Shown here: positions 39,107 to 49,409 of the stretch, piece after piece
How the letters are laid out: every line of letters starts with the position of its first letter
Numbering within the stretch: position 1 is the stretch's first letter
Assembly (NCBI GenBank): GCA_001563335.1
Contig: LRSL01000069.1
Coordinates: 115,129-179,128, forward strand
Reading direction: 5' to 3'
Origin: Candidatus Thorarchaeota archaeon SMTZ1-45
GTDB lineage: Archaea > Asgardarchaeota > Thorarchaeia > Thorarchaeales > Thorarchaeaceae
DNA: 64,000 nucleotides
The notes under the pieces: generated by a model
The model's input: the letters and a program-made list of their open reading frames with translations, nothing else
What the model was told of the DNA's origin: nothing
Databases searched by the model: none
Position numbers and translations under genes: made by a program

Positions 39107-39925
39107 TTGACGTCACGATTTGGATTTGTTAGGAATGACACCCCTTTACACAGACTCAATCCAACTTTGAAGCTGTTCAGTCTGATTTTTTTGATGATAG
39201 GAATAATTGTCTATCCAAGTTGGCGGCTCAGCACTGTATTACTATTCATAGTCTTCATCGGATTCTATATAGCTAAAGTTCCTCTACGTTTGACAAAGGG
39301 ACGTACAAAGTTCATCATTATATTCTCTGTTTTACTGCTACTTATACAGTTACTAGTCACATCTAATGGAACTATTCTAGGTTTCATTATACCACAGATT
39401 GGAGAATTCGGCCCGCTATTTCCAGTCACTGATTTTGGAGTAGTTCGAGGTCTTGGGATATCAACCAGGTTTCTTCTGCTAGTGTTCTCAAGTATGCTTT
39501 TCGTTTCAGTGACAGATCCCACACTTCTAGCACACTCACTGACTAAACTCAGAATTCCTTACATGTATAGCTTCTCTCTTGTGATCGCGTTGAGATTTCT
39601 TCCATTGTTCGATCTAGAGAATCATACAGTTCGGATGGCTCAGAAATCCCGAGGAATCACTCCCGAAGTTACAGGTATTAGGAAAATTATACGCACAATT
39701 CGGTACACCTTTTTTCCATTACTAGTTTCTGCCTTATCAAGAGTAGACGCGCTCTCAATGTCGATGGATGGGAGAGGTTTTGGCTATAGATCTGATCGTT
39801 CATATTTTCGAAAATCGTCATGGAGAATGATTGACACAATAGTGACTCTGCTCGTAGTCTGTTTTCTTGCAATCTGTTTACTTCTGTCAGTTGGTTACTT
39901 TCCTGAACTCTCATCATTTATCTAA
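39107..39925 (+). CDS. ecfT: ECF transporter T component
   Basis: LHRLNP..K, ALRFLP, AQKSRG, MDGRGF. Confidence 0.92.
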   Translation: MTSRFGFVRNDTPLHRLNPTLKLFSLIFLMIGIIVYPSWRLSTVLLFIVFIGFYIAKVPLRLTKGRTKFIIIFSVLLLLIQLLVTSNGTILGFIIPQIGEFGPLFPVTDFGVVRGLGISTRFLLLVFSSMLFVSVTDPTLLAHSLTKLRIPYMYSFSLVIALRFLPLFDLENHTVRMAQKSRGITPEVTGIRKIIRTIRYTFFPLLVSALSRVDALSMSMDGRGFGYRSDRSYFRKSSWRMIDTIVTLLVVCFLAICLLLSVGYFPELSSFI

Positions 39926-40159
39926 TCTATGCAAATGAGAGCAAATCTGGTGGAAGTTTCACTGAACACTCTCCACTTCTTGGCTATTCTATCATCATCC
40001 ATTACCATACATGTTTTTGAATCATAATATCGGTATTCAAAACATTAGAGGTTCGCATCAGGAGGATTTTGTATAAGAATTTCTACGTAATCGCTTAGAT
40101 TCTTGTTTCTAATGCAAAGTATGCACGTTTCTCTCATGCAATATTGTCCAATTGAAGCA

Positions 40160-42316
40160 CTATATACTACTCAATAACTCCTCTATCGATTCTATGACAG
40201 ATTTCGGATCTACTACTCTATCACCATCCATCACCATAGGATAGTGTTTTGAATAAAGTTCTAGACATTTTCCTAGAACAATCACAAACATATCCGCAGA
40301 ACTTGGTGCTTCTCCATTGTCTTGTAATTGAGTTATTGTCCTTGTGATAGAACGTTTGATCGATTTCTTGATCGATTTCCATGATTTTGGCCCAGTTTCT
40401 TCATTTCTTTTTCTACAGACAAAAATCATGTCATATACTATATTCTCCAAATCATGGAGGTGCGTTGAAGTTTTCATTTCACTCCGTACTGGATACGTGG
40501 TCGTCACATAGAATCCAGAGTCCAATATTGTCCTAAATATTGCATCCCATGCTTCCTGTTTCTTATGATGAAAGGTGAAAACCAAAATTCCATCATTGGA
40601 TAATACTCTCTTGGATTCTGTAAACACCTTGGTCAAACCCTGGATGAACTCATCTCTTCCTTTACCTTGATACCGATTCTCTATCACCTCGTCATCTGTT
40701 GGTACAAGTGAATCATTGAAAATCTCATAGCGTTCCTTCAAAGCGAGTCTTAACCAGACATAGAAGAAGTTGGATAGTTCTGAATACATTACATTTCCAT
40801 AATATGGGGGATCAGTTACAACAACATCCACAACTCCATCTGGAATCTCAAGTTGTTCAGATGAGCCACATCTCAATATGATATCCCCAGTCCTTACTAA
40901 ATTATTGTAATTTTCAACCAATTTTGACGGATTTTTGGGTCCAAGCTGTATTTTTCTCATTGATTTTCCATCAAGAAATCTTTCAAAGGGGTTCCTACAG
41001 TATTCTTTCCCCTCAACTATAAGATTAACAAAAGCGGTGAACGCTCCTCTCCCCTTTGTGGTATCATAACAATTCGCCTCAACAGGTGAAATTGAAGGAG
41101 AAAATGAATGAGTACGAAAGATATCTGTAATGAATCCCCTCGTTGCGTTATATTTTGCAAACATATTGTTGTATTTCAAACTGTTAGAGAATGCTAGGAC
41201 AAAGAACTCTTTTAGATTCCAATCCTCAATTTCTAGAATCCAACGGTAGATCTTTCCTAGGTTCAATAATTGCCTTGGACCAAACATGTCACGAAATTTT
41301 TTGTATCCATGATTCAATGCACGCTTTGTTTCCACACCACTTGGAATCAGTATGTCTGGAATTGGCAAATCTTGAGCAATAACTTTATACTCTCTACTTG
41401 CATTTGCTAGAATTTCTATATCTCTTTCATCTGGTGCTTTGTATCCTCTACCATTCATCAATTTCTTGTTTTCTGAATCATCACAGTGTTTGCAATAGAA
41501 TTCAATAGCATACATTCTTTCCTCAAACTTGCCAAATTCTTTAGCGAATTCCACTATTTTCTCACTTTGACCACAATCAGTGTCTGAACATTTGTATGAA
41601 CGTCCCTTTGAGAACGAAGTCTTTGCTGGTATGAATATTTCATCACATTTTGTGCATTTGGTCATTTTTTTAGCATTTTTCGACTCAAAGATATTCCAAC
41701 ATGTCGGACAGATAGCGATATCACCTGTTCCAGCCGGGTTTTTAGCAAGGAAAAAATTACGCATCAAAGGAATTTCTTTTGCGCATTTAGTACATGAGCT
41801 CACTTTGTAGTAGAAATAATAGATTGCCTCAGCTGTTTTCCCACACTCAGGACATATTGTCTGGTAGTATTGCCTGAGTTCTGATCCTAAATCGTCATCA
41901 AGTTTCTGAAGAGTTTGAATAAGGAGTTCTGGATTAATATCATCTACTTGTTTTTTCACTAGAAACCATGATACAGGATTGATATCTCCTGCAATCACCT
42001 TACAACCTAGTTTTAGAGCTTCAATAACAGTAGTCCCGCCCCCCATCATTGGGTCTAACACAATTTTACCGTCCAGATTTACATCTCTTCTGAAGAACTC
42101 CCAGAGACTACTCGGTCTTCCGTCCCACCCATCAAGACTTTCTCCTGCAAGAGAGTAGAGAAGAATTGTTCTAAATACTGAACCAAGTCGTCGTGCCCAC
42201 CATTTATGCATTACATAGACTGGTCTGTAATGTCTTCTGCCAAAACCAGTTGATTCCTTCTCAGCAATTGCATTGACCTTGGCTATTGGAAAGGTGAACT
42301 CAATCGGACGTTTCAG
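40160..42316 (-). CDS. DUF1156-type Zn-ribbon adenine DNA methyltransferase, probable CTG start
   Basis: KRPIE..FP N-terminus, HKWWARR, DPMMGGG, CxxC motifs, TDPPY. Confidence 0.88.
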   Translation of the reverse strand: MKRPIEFTFPIAKVNAIAEKESTGFGRRHYRPVYVMHKWWARRLGSVFRTILLYSLAGESLDGWDGRPSSLWEFFRRDVNLDGKIVLDPMMGGGTTVIEALKLGCKVIAGDINPVSWFLVKKQVDDINPELLIQTLQKLDDDLGSELRQYYQTICPECGKTAEAIYYFYYKVSSCTKCAKEIPLMRNFFLAKNPAGTGDIAICPTCWNIFESKNAKKMTKCTKCDEIFIPAKTSFSKGRSYKCSDTDCGQSEKIVEFAKEFGKFEERMYAIEFYCKHCDDSENKKLMNGRGYKAPDERDIEILANASREYKVIAQDLPIPDILIPSGVETKRALNHGYKKFRDMFGPRQLLNLGKIYRWILEIEDWNLKEFFVLAFSNSLKYNNMFAKYNATRGFITDIFRTHSFSPSISPVEANCYDTTKGRGAFTAFVNLIVEGKEYCRNPFERFLDGKSMRKIQLGPKNPSKLVENYNNLVRTGDIILRCGSSEQLEIPDGVVDVVVTDPPYYGNVMYSELSNFFYVWLRLALKERYEIFNDSLVPTDDEVIENRYQGKGRDEFIQGLTKVFTESKRVLSNDGILVFTFHHKKQEAWDAIFRTILDSGFYVTTTYPVRSEMKTSTHLHDLENIVYDMIFVCRKRNEETGPKSWKSIKKSIKRSITRTITQLQDNGEAPSSADMFVIVLGKCLELYSKHYPMVMDGDRVVDPKSVIESIEELLSSI

Positions 42317-42425
42317 TTAGTTTAGACCTCCACTTGTACAAAGAGTATCACACCCCTTTCAACATTGCTGAATCTTGTTCGCGGAGTAATCCTTTTATTG
42401 CTATCAGCAATGCAATCGACCTACA

Positions 42426-42502
42426 CGGGACGTAGCTCAATTTGGCAGAGCAATGGACTGTAGATCCATCGGTTGCCGGTTCAAATCCGGCCGTCCCGAC
42501 CA
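42426..42502 (+). tRNA. tRNA-Tyr(GTA), intronless
   Basis: C1-G72, CGGGACG/CGTCCCG acceptor, ATGGA-CTGTAGA-TCCAT, ACCA end. Confidence 0.95.
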
Positions 42503-42571
42503 TCCCTTTTCTTATAATCTTGGACTACTAAATCTCAATTCCACGCAATTTTATACTAAAGTGTACTCCTA

Positions 42572-43522
42572 TTACGAGTTGACATTGATTGAGATTTCAA
42601 GAACACGAACAAGTTCTTTGTAACGATTACGAATTGTGACTTCTGTGACTCGCGAAACATTAGCTATCTCTCTCTGAGTTCGCTTATCTTCTTCTAATAT
42701 TCCAGCTATATAGAGTGCGGCCCCTGCAATTCCGCCTGGGTCCTTACCTATTGTTACAAATCTTTCTTCAGCGTTTTTGATTATTTCAGTAGCTTTTTTC
42801 ACCGTTCTTCCTTTAAGAAGAAGATCTGACGACAATCTTGGAATCAAGTCCTTTGCAGAAGCCAAGGGCACATTAATATTGACTCGAGAAACAATTAGAC
42901 GAACTGCGTAACCAATCTGTTTCCTACTAACATTAGTTTCAGCCACAACTTCATCAAGTCGTCTTGGAATCCTATGAATCCGACAAGCAAGGTAGACTGA
43001 TGAAGCAACTACTGATTCAATACTTCTTCCTCTTACAAGTTTCCTTGCCAGAGCTTTTCTGTACATCAATGCTGCAGTTTCTCTAGCATCACGTGGAATC
43101 CCAAGTTGTGAGGAGAGTCTCTCCATCTCACTCATTGCAATACTAAGATTTCTGTGTTGAGAGCTATGGAGCCTACTTCTGATATGCCATTTTCGCATTC
43201 TGTAGATGGCTGCGCGTGTAGTACTTTTAAGTGCCCTACCACTTGCATCCTTATTTCGCCAATCAATTACTGTTGAAAGACCCCTGTCAGATATAGTGAG
43301 AGTCATTGGTGCTCCTGTTCTAGCTCTTGCATTCCTTTCCTCTGTGGTAAATGCTCTCCACTCTGGTCCATTATCGGTAGCATGTTCTGACACAACAAGC
43401 CCACATGAAGTACAGATATTCTCTCCACGGACATTATCCTCTGTAAACGAAGTTTCTCCGCAGCTCATACACACATCTCGTTTGTTTGTACTCTTCTCTT
43501 TGGCTCTAACCATATTCGTCAT
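42572..43522 (-). CDS. tfb: Transcription initiation factor IIB
   Basis: Zn ribbon, GPEWRAF B-reader, RGRSIE, VTEVTIRNRYKEL. Confidence 0.96.
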   Translation of the reverse strand: MTNMVRAKEKSTNKRDVCMSCGETSFTEDNVRGENICTSCGLVVSEHATDNGPEWRAFTTEERNARARTGAPMTLTISDRGLSTVIDWRNKDASGRALKSTTRAAIYRMRKWHIRSRLHSSQHRNLSIAMSEMERLSSQLGIPRDARETAALMYRKALARKLVRGRSIESVVASSVYLACRIHRIPRRLDEVVAETNVSRKQIGYAVRLIVSRVNINVPLASAKDLIPRLSSDLLLKGRTVKKATEIIKNAEERFVTIGKDPGGIAGAALYIAGILEEDKRTQREIANVSRVTEVTIRNRYKELVRVLEISINVNS

Positions 43523-43819
43523 GCTTTTCTCCCCCTAACCTCATTTTTCCTATTTTCTCCGATTCCAATTCCATTGTTTGATAATTTCTCTATCATTCTC
43601 ATCAGCTCTGAATTGGGTTAAGTGACAAAGAGGGACATTTCGGTTTTTTAGCGAATAACCCTGTTGTGTTGCATTACTAAACACAAAAGCAACCTATCTG
43701 GTCAGTACAAGAAACAACCATAGATGCTCTCTACTTAATCTCTCAATCATTTTCTTATACAAATCGCTCCTTATAAAAGAGGGCTCGTATACCATTTTTG
43801 AAGGAAATTGGTTCCAGGT

Positions 43820-44359
43820 TCAAGTCTGACATACATGGCCATTTCTTTTTTTCTTTAGAAAATCTATGAACCCTTCAACCTCCTTTTGACCTCTAAGGAT
43901 GAACACACTCTTTGTTGAATTTAGGTTTTCCAAGAACCTAAAAATCACTGGTTTTCGTGTGATTGGGAAATCCCAAATCCACCTAATGAAATCTAAATCG
44001 ATTTTTTCTGGACAATCGCCACCAAGATCTGGTCTAGTATGCCCTCGAAATCTAAGAAACCTAGTGAATATGCGGAGATAAGAAAGTCTTCTAGGAATGT
44101 CAATATAGATGATTGTATCTGCTGCAGTTGCACGAAGCTTGAGGGTTGATGTGTAATTTCCATCCATGATCCAAGAACTAGAACTAATTAGAGTCTTGAC
44201 TTTATCTCGCCACTCATCTTTGGGCGTTTCCACCCAGTTCTGTTTCCAGTAATGTTGGTCCAAGTGAATAATAGGAATACCAAGTATAGTACCAAGCTTC
44301 TCTCCTAAAGTTGACTTTCCCGAGCCACTAGGTCCGAGAATCAGTACTCGTTTCATCAT
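43820..44359 (-). CDS. Adenylate-kinase-like P-loop protein (FlaR / topology modulation family)
   Basis: GPSGSGKST, HLD..YW, WIMDGNY, RPD...CPEK. Confidence 0.85.
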   Translation of the reverse strand: MMKRVLILGPSGSGKSTLGEKLGTILGIPIIHLDQHYWKQNWVETPKDEWRDKVKTLISSSSWIMDGNYTSTLKLRATAADTIIYIDIPRRLSYLRIFTRFLRFRGHTRPDLGGDCPEKIDLDFIRWIWDFPITRKPVIFRFLENLNSTKSVFILRGQKEVEGFIDFLKKKRNGHVCQT

Positions 44360-44453
44360 TCAGTTATGGGAACCAAGCTCGAATTAAGTAGTAAGGTCAA
44401 ACAATATGCGAATATCAATAAGCTCGTAAGTATTGTTAAAATAAGGTGAAATA

Positions 44454-45506
44454 ATGGAAGGGCATAAGGCAAAAGTGGGGCAACCACCTGGAACGTTACT
44501 TCATACTGGGGAAAAGCTTACCAAAGAACCAATAGTCACAATCATTGATTTCAACCAGCAAGAGTTCAAAGAACATAAGCACGCTTCTTGTGAAGATTGC
44601 ATTCCATCAGAGAGGACTGATGTCATACGATGGATCCATGTTCAAGGTGTTCACGATATAGACCTAATTCAGAGAATTGGCTCCAATTTTGGGATTCATC
44701 CTCTCATCCTTGAAGATATAGTACACACTCATCAAAGACCAAAAGCAGAATCGCTTCCTGAGTCAATCTACATAATACTTAGAGCATTTGAATATAATAC
44801 CGAAGACAAGATTTTAGATTCTGAACAATTGAGCTTCCTACTTGGTAACCATTACCTATTATCATTCCAAGAGTCTGAAAAACCACTCTTTGAGCAAATT
44901 AAGAACAGGCTCTCCAATAATCTTGGAAGAATCAGAAAATCTAACTCGGATTACCTTACTTACTCGCTTATTGATCTAATCACTGACCAATATTTTGTAA
45001 TTCTTGATGAACTCAGCGAGAGAATTGAAGCACTTGAAGATGAGGTTGCAGAAGTTCCCACGAATGAAACACTACAGGAAATTCACAGCCTGAAACGAGA
45101 TATTATCACACTCCGAAGAAACATCTGGCCTATCAGAGACATAGCCTCAAGATTACTCCGTGAAGACTCAAATCTGATTGAAACCTCAACTCAAATGTAT
45201 CTCAGAGACCTCAATGACCATGTCGTCCAAATCAATGATCTTCTGGAAACATATCGTGAAACGCTTACAGGAATTATGGATATCTACCTTTCAAGGGTAA
45301 GCAATCGATTAAACGAAGTCATGAAAGTTCTGACTGTAATATCTACAATCTTCATACCTCTCACTCTGATTGCGAGTATATATGGCATGAATTTCAGAGT
45401 CATGCCTGAATTAGAAATCCCTTGGAGCTATCCACTGCTGTTAACCACAATGATTACTTTAGGAATAGTTCTAACACTCTATTTCAGACAGAAGAGATGG
45501 ATTTAG
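44454..45506 (+). CDS. corA: Mg2+/Co2+ transporter CorA
   Basis: IHPLILEDI, QRPK, YGMNF. Confidence 0.95.
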   Translation: MEGHKAKVGQPPGTLLHTGEKLTKEPIVTIIDFNQQEFKEHKHASCEDCIPSERTDVIRWIHVQGVHDIDLIQRIGSNFGIHPLILEDIVHTHQRPKAESLPESIYIILRAFEYNTEDKILDSEQLSFLLGNHYLLSFQESEKPLFEQIKNRLSNNLGRIRKSNSDYLTYSLIDLITDQYFVILDELSERIEALEDEVAEVPTNETLQEIHSLKRDIITLRRNIWPIRDIASRLLREDSNLIETSTQMYLRDLNDHVVQINDLLETYRETLTGIMDIYLSRVSNRLNEVMKVLTVISTIFIPLTLIASIYGMNFRVMPELEIPWSYPLLLTTMITLGIVLTLYFRQKRWI

Positions 45507-45564
45507 TACAATTCATCTATTACTGGCTCAAGTCTAATCATTTGATCATTTCATCTGCATTCAG

Positions 45565-46113
45565 TCAATACAAGAATTCAGCTACATCATCAACTGACAG
45601 TCTTAGCCGTGGTCCTGGATTTACATCTGGCCAGCCCACAGTAATTGCAGCAATTAATTCCCAAGGTTTCTTGAAATAATGCATAATAGCTTCATAGGTG
45701 TAGAAGACATCACCAATCCAACAGGTTCCAAGTCCAAGTGAATATGCTTTCAGTAACAAATTCTGTATTGCTGCAGACACACTATGACCCTCTGTAATCC
45801 AGCCAAGTTCGTTTGTATTCCAGACCATAATTACTACTGGAGCTTCTTCCATCATTGTGCATGAACCATAGGAAGACCCCACATTGATGGTCAGTTTGTC
45901 AAGCTCTTTTCTATACAAGTCTGTAAATTTGTCCTTAGATTCACCAGCTAGTACGATGAATCTCCATTGTTGTCCATTTTTAGCACTTGGAGCGAATGTT
46001 GCCGCTTCAATGCATTCCCTGATCAAGTCCCTTTTCACTTCATCACTCTTGTATACTCTAACGCTTCGACGCCCTTTGATTGCTTCGTCAAGACTCATCA
46101 TCCTACTCAACAT
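45565..46113 (-). CDS. Nitroreductase family protein
   Basis: RRSVRVY, APSAKNGQ.W, QNLLL.A..LGLGTCW. Confidence 0.92.
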   Translation of the reverse strand: MLSRMMSLDEAIKGRRSVRVYKSDEVKRDLIRECIEAATFAPSAKNGQQWRFIVLAGESKDKFTDLYRKELDKLTINVGSSYGSCTMMEEAPVVIMVWNTNELGWITEGHSVSAAIQNLLLKAYSLGLGTCWIGDVFYTYEAIMHYFKKPWELIAAITVGWPDVNPGPRLRLSVDDVAEFLY

Positions 46114-47104
46114 CCTCTGGTAGCTGAATGATGAAGCTACATTCTAAATCTCCTTGAAGCACAGACTTGACCATTTCATATTCCAGAGGTTGGTCAAGTG
46201 CAGCTTCCCAAGGCATTTTGGTGAAACCACCACTACAATGACAGAAGTTAGCAGATATGTCAATTGAATCATCCAGAATAGATTCACGAGCCCAAGCACA
46301 ATGACATGCATAGTATCGCTTCATTCGTTCATCAGTTTCCCTAAGATATTCCTGTACCATGTATGGAATTTTAGTGTGATAGATAGTATTTCCTCTTCTT
46401 TCACCACTCAAGACATCAGGACGACTCTTTACAAACTCAACTACATCATCAGTAATGTATTGGTTATAGAACAGTGTGCCCTCATCCCTATGTTTCTCTA
46501 ATACCGCTATCGCACTTTGTCGTTTCTGTTTTAGATACTCATCAATACTACCAGCTTTCAAGAACTTCTCCTTTTCCCCCTTCCTGAAGTCACGAGGTAG
46601 ACCATGAGCAACATCAGCCAAGATCATCTTACAATCTGATGGGTCCAGGATTTTTTCCATTCTCCCTACTATTTCTCGAGTGATTTTCATCTTCTCGGTA
46701 TCTGGCATACCCAAGGGCGGCAAATCCATCTCAGGAAGAATCCCATCACGTATCTTTTCACCAACATGTTCCCCTAGTCGCTCATGAAGGACATTCATCA
46801 CTTCGCTTCCATCAAGTATTGCCAAAACTGGTAAGAATAGATCCATATTCTTGATAAAATACGAATATCGAGATAATGCGGCATAATTGAGATAGGTGTT
46901 AGATTTTTCATCAATCAGAATCTTTGAAAACTTGGCAAATTCCTTCTCTGATGCATTATCGAGGGTCTTACCAAATTGCATCAAAAACTCTTCAAATCTC
47001 TCCACCATCTTAATATTTTCAACAATTTCCTCCTCAGGAATAGGTTGGTCCCTATCTGTCAAATACTTCCGAAATCCTTCCTTGTCCATCTTTCCCACAC
47101 TCAC
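46103..47104 (-). CDS. Hypothetical protein with C-terminal DUF6144/V4R-like Cys motif
   Basis: CHC...FCHCSGGF...SVLQGD.EC.F. Confidence 0.7.
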   Translation of the reverse strand: MSVGKMDKEGFRKYLTDRDQPIPEEEIVENIKMVERFEEFLMQFGKTLDNASEKEFAKFSKILIDEKSNTYLNYAALSRYSYFIKNMDLFLPVLAILDGSEVMNVLHERLGEHVGEKIRDGILPEMDLPPLGMPDTEKMKITREIVGRMEKILDPSDCKMILADVAHGLPRDFRKGEKEKFLKAGSIDEYLKQKRQSAIAVLEKHRDEGTLFYNQYITDDVVEFVKSRPDVLSGERRGNTIYHTKIPYMVQEYLRETDERMKRYYACHCAWARESILDDSIDISANFCHCSGGFTKMPWEAALDQPLEYEMVKSVLQGDLECSFIIQLPEDVE

Positions 47105-47275
47105 TCAACCTTTCCATCGGTCGCTTATCAAACGAGAGATGAAAGCAAGAATGCAAGTGTTAAGATATTCACTCTTAGATTCCGAGCGCCTCTTTGGCGC
47201 CATTACAGAGTATTACGTAGTTAATACAGGTGCTTAACTAGCCTGACCAGTACGAAATCTTGGTGTATTCGAGTA

Positions 47276-47563
47276 ATGAAAGCATTAGAAGCCAAGATTA
47301 AGAATGCATTTGAGAACAAAGGCATCAAGTGTCAGTCAGTCTATAAGATGCCTGACCCTGATGAAACTCGTCTACTTGTCGCTTTTAATTCCAAAGATAA
47401 TAGGAATCTCTCAATAAGGAAGATTGAGAATGTGTTAGCGTCTCTTAATGTGGGCGAATTCAAAGTCCCAAGTGAATTTCAACGTCTTAGTTCTGCGTTT
47501 TTGCATCTTGAAATTACTCTAGGTGCAAGGAATGAGAAATCCGTCCTTCCTGCATCCATGTGA
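47276..47563 (+). CDS. Hypothetical protein
   Basis: 95-aa ORF with GGTG SD-like sequence. Confidence 0.6.
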   Translation: MKALEAKIKNAFENKGIKCQSVYKMPDPDETRLLVAFNSKDNRNLSIRKIENVLASLNVGEFKVPSEFQRLSSAFLHLEITLGARNEKSVLPASM

Positions 47564-47623
47564 GAATGGTATCAATGAATCCGCGCCGTGTTTCTTATCT
47601 GTGAGATTAGCATAGGATAGACC

Positions 47624-48379
47624 ATGAATCTCGATTTAATAGACCGGACATTTCTCGTCACAGCAGCTTCTCGAGGCTTAGGCTTCAGTGTGGCTAAAGC
47701 TCTTGCAGATGAAGGAGCTGAAGTGATTATTTGTGGTCGTAATGAAGAATCACTGAGAAAAGCAATTTCCTCTCTAGGAGAATTAGCTCAACACTATGTG
47801 GCTGATCTGTCAAAGGAGGAAGATGTCAAACGATTACTGAAGAACATTGGTTCACAGATTCTGCGCTTGGATGGTCTGTTTGTCAATGCTGGTGGACCTC
47901 CACCTGGTACATTTTCTACTCTCTCAAATGATGATTGGAGAAAGGCTATTGATCTAACCTTGATGAGTGCAGTATGGTTAACCAGAGAAACAATACCGTT
48001 GCTGAAGATGTCCGATTCCCCCTCGATTCTGTATAGCACCTCGATTTCAGTGAAACAACCAATCAGCAATCTGTTGTTATCAAATGCAATTCGTCCTGCA
48101 GTTATTGGAATGATGCGTACACTTGCCACCGAACTAGCTCCTGAACATATTCGTGTGAATGCTGTCTGTCCAGGTTACATCTATACAGAACGAGTGAAGG
48201 AGCTCATGGCCGTTTCTGAATCTGGTGTGGAGAATATCAATGCCAGAATACCTCTTGGTCGGATGGGCAAACCAGAAGAGTTTGGACCAGTTTGTGCTTT
48301 TCTTCTTAGTCCAGTTGCGAGCTATATACATGGAGCACTCTTACTTGTGGATGGAGGTCTATATCAAGGAATGATGTAA
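47624..48379 (+). CDS. Short-chain dehydrogenase/reductase
   Basis: TAASRGLG, NAGGPPPG, VNAVCPG, VDGG. Confidence 0.92.
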   Translation: MNLDLIDRTFLVTAASRGLGFSVAKALADEGAEVIICGRNEESLRKAISSLGELAQHYVADLSKEEDVKRLLKNIGSQILRLDGLFVNAGGPPPGTFSTLSNDDWRKAIDLTLMSAVWLTRETIPLLKMSDSPSILYSTSISVKQPISNLLLSNAIRPAVIGMMRTLATELAPEHIRVNAVCPGYIYTERVKELMAVSESGVENINARIPLGRMGKPEEFGPVCAFLLSPVASYIHGALLLVDGGLYQGMM

Positions 48380-48382
48380 TAT

Positions 48383-49351
48383 TCAAAGCTGGAGATCTGC
48401 GGTGTCTATATCTCCACTTCTTGCAAGAGCCACATTAACATAGTGACGGACTTGATCATCATCATGTTCTCGTAGGTTTCTCAATGCAGGGACTGCAGGT
48501 GGATATGGAGATACTCCAATTGCCCAAGCTGCAACTCGAAGCACCTCTACATCTTCTGATCCAAGTAGTTCGGTAATTGCTCTAAGAATAGTTTCAGATC
48601 TTCTCTCTGCAACTAGACGTATCATCCGGACCTGTTCACTAGGAGGTACTCTTGCCATTGTGTCTGCTAGTCCTTGAAGTGCCTTAGCATCGTCCATATC
48701 CCTAAGTCCGCGGATTGCCCAGTCTCTTACATTCTCTGATTCATCCTCAAGCGCTGCGAGAAGGCAATTAATCGATTCTCGAATTCCCAAATTACTTAGA
48801 GCCCATGCGCCTGACTCTCTCATTTCCACATTAGCGTCTCCTAAAAGAGCACAAAGTGTTCCTACTGTTTCGTCATCAACCACTTTTGTCAGAGCAAATA
48901 CAGCCTCTTTTCTTAGATTCACGTCTTCATTCTTATCACGCGCTGTTTTTCTTAGAATTCTCCCATAACTCACTGGATCTGTGCTTCCAAGGATATGAAT
49001 TATCCATTTTCTTACTTCAAACTCCTCTGTGGAGTTTACAAGAATATCAATAAGCTTTGGATTAAGAGAATCAATTCTGGTTCGATAAGCCGCCTGTAGA
49101 CCTCTCACCTTGATATTCGAATCAGAATCCATTATCACTCGCTCGATTACTTGAATCGCGATTTTTGGATTTAGAAGGTCGATTAAGTCAAGTATGCGTT
49201 GTTTGGACTGCATTGTATTATTTGAAGTACTTACGAAAATGGAATCAAGCACATTATCAAACTCATCAGGATGACCATTGATATACTCTGCAACCTCTTT
49301 TCGTTTATCTGGTGTATTAGTGTCAGTTAAGCGCTCCAACACATTGGTCAC
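48383..49351 (-). CDS. HEAT-repeat protein
   Basis: Repeated L.D....VR..A..AL. Confidence 0.88.
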   Translation of the reverse strand: MTNVLERLTDTNTPDKRKEVAEYINGHPDEFDNVLDSIFVSTSNNTMQSKQRILDLIDLLNPKIAIQVIERVIMDSDSNIKVRGLQAAYRTRIDSLNPKLIDILVNSTEEFEVRKWIIHILGSTDPVSYGRILRKTARDKNEDVNLRKEAVFALTKVVDDETVGTLCALLGDANVEMRESGAWALSNLGIRESINCLLAALEDESENVRDWAIRGLRDMDDAKALQGLADTMARVPPSEQVRMIRLVAERRSETILRAITELLGSEDVEVLRVAAWAIGVSPYPPAVPALRNLREHDDDQVRHYVNVALARSGDIDTADLQL

Positions 49352-49409
49352 AACTTGACTCTTCAGCTTCCTCCTTAGTTACCTTTCGCATTTGTACAAT
49401 AGAGTTACT

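Noticed and set aside
39926-40138. Short minus-strand ORF with an internal TAA downstream of the methylase
   Set aside because: No recognisable family; cannot be told apart from chance
43523-43819. Long intergenic region upstream of tfb
   Set aside because: Only short ORFs, and no convincing nested helices found by eye
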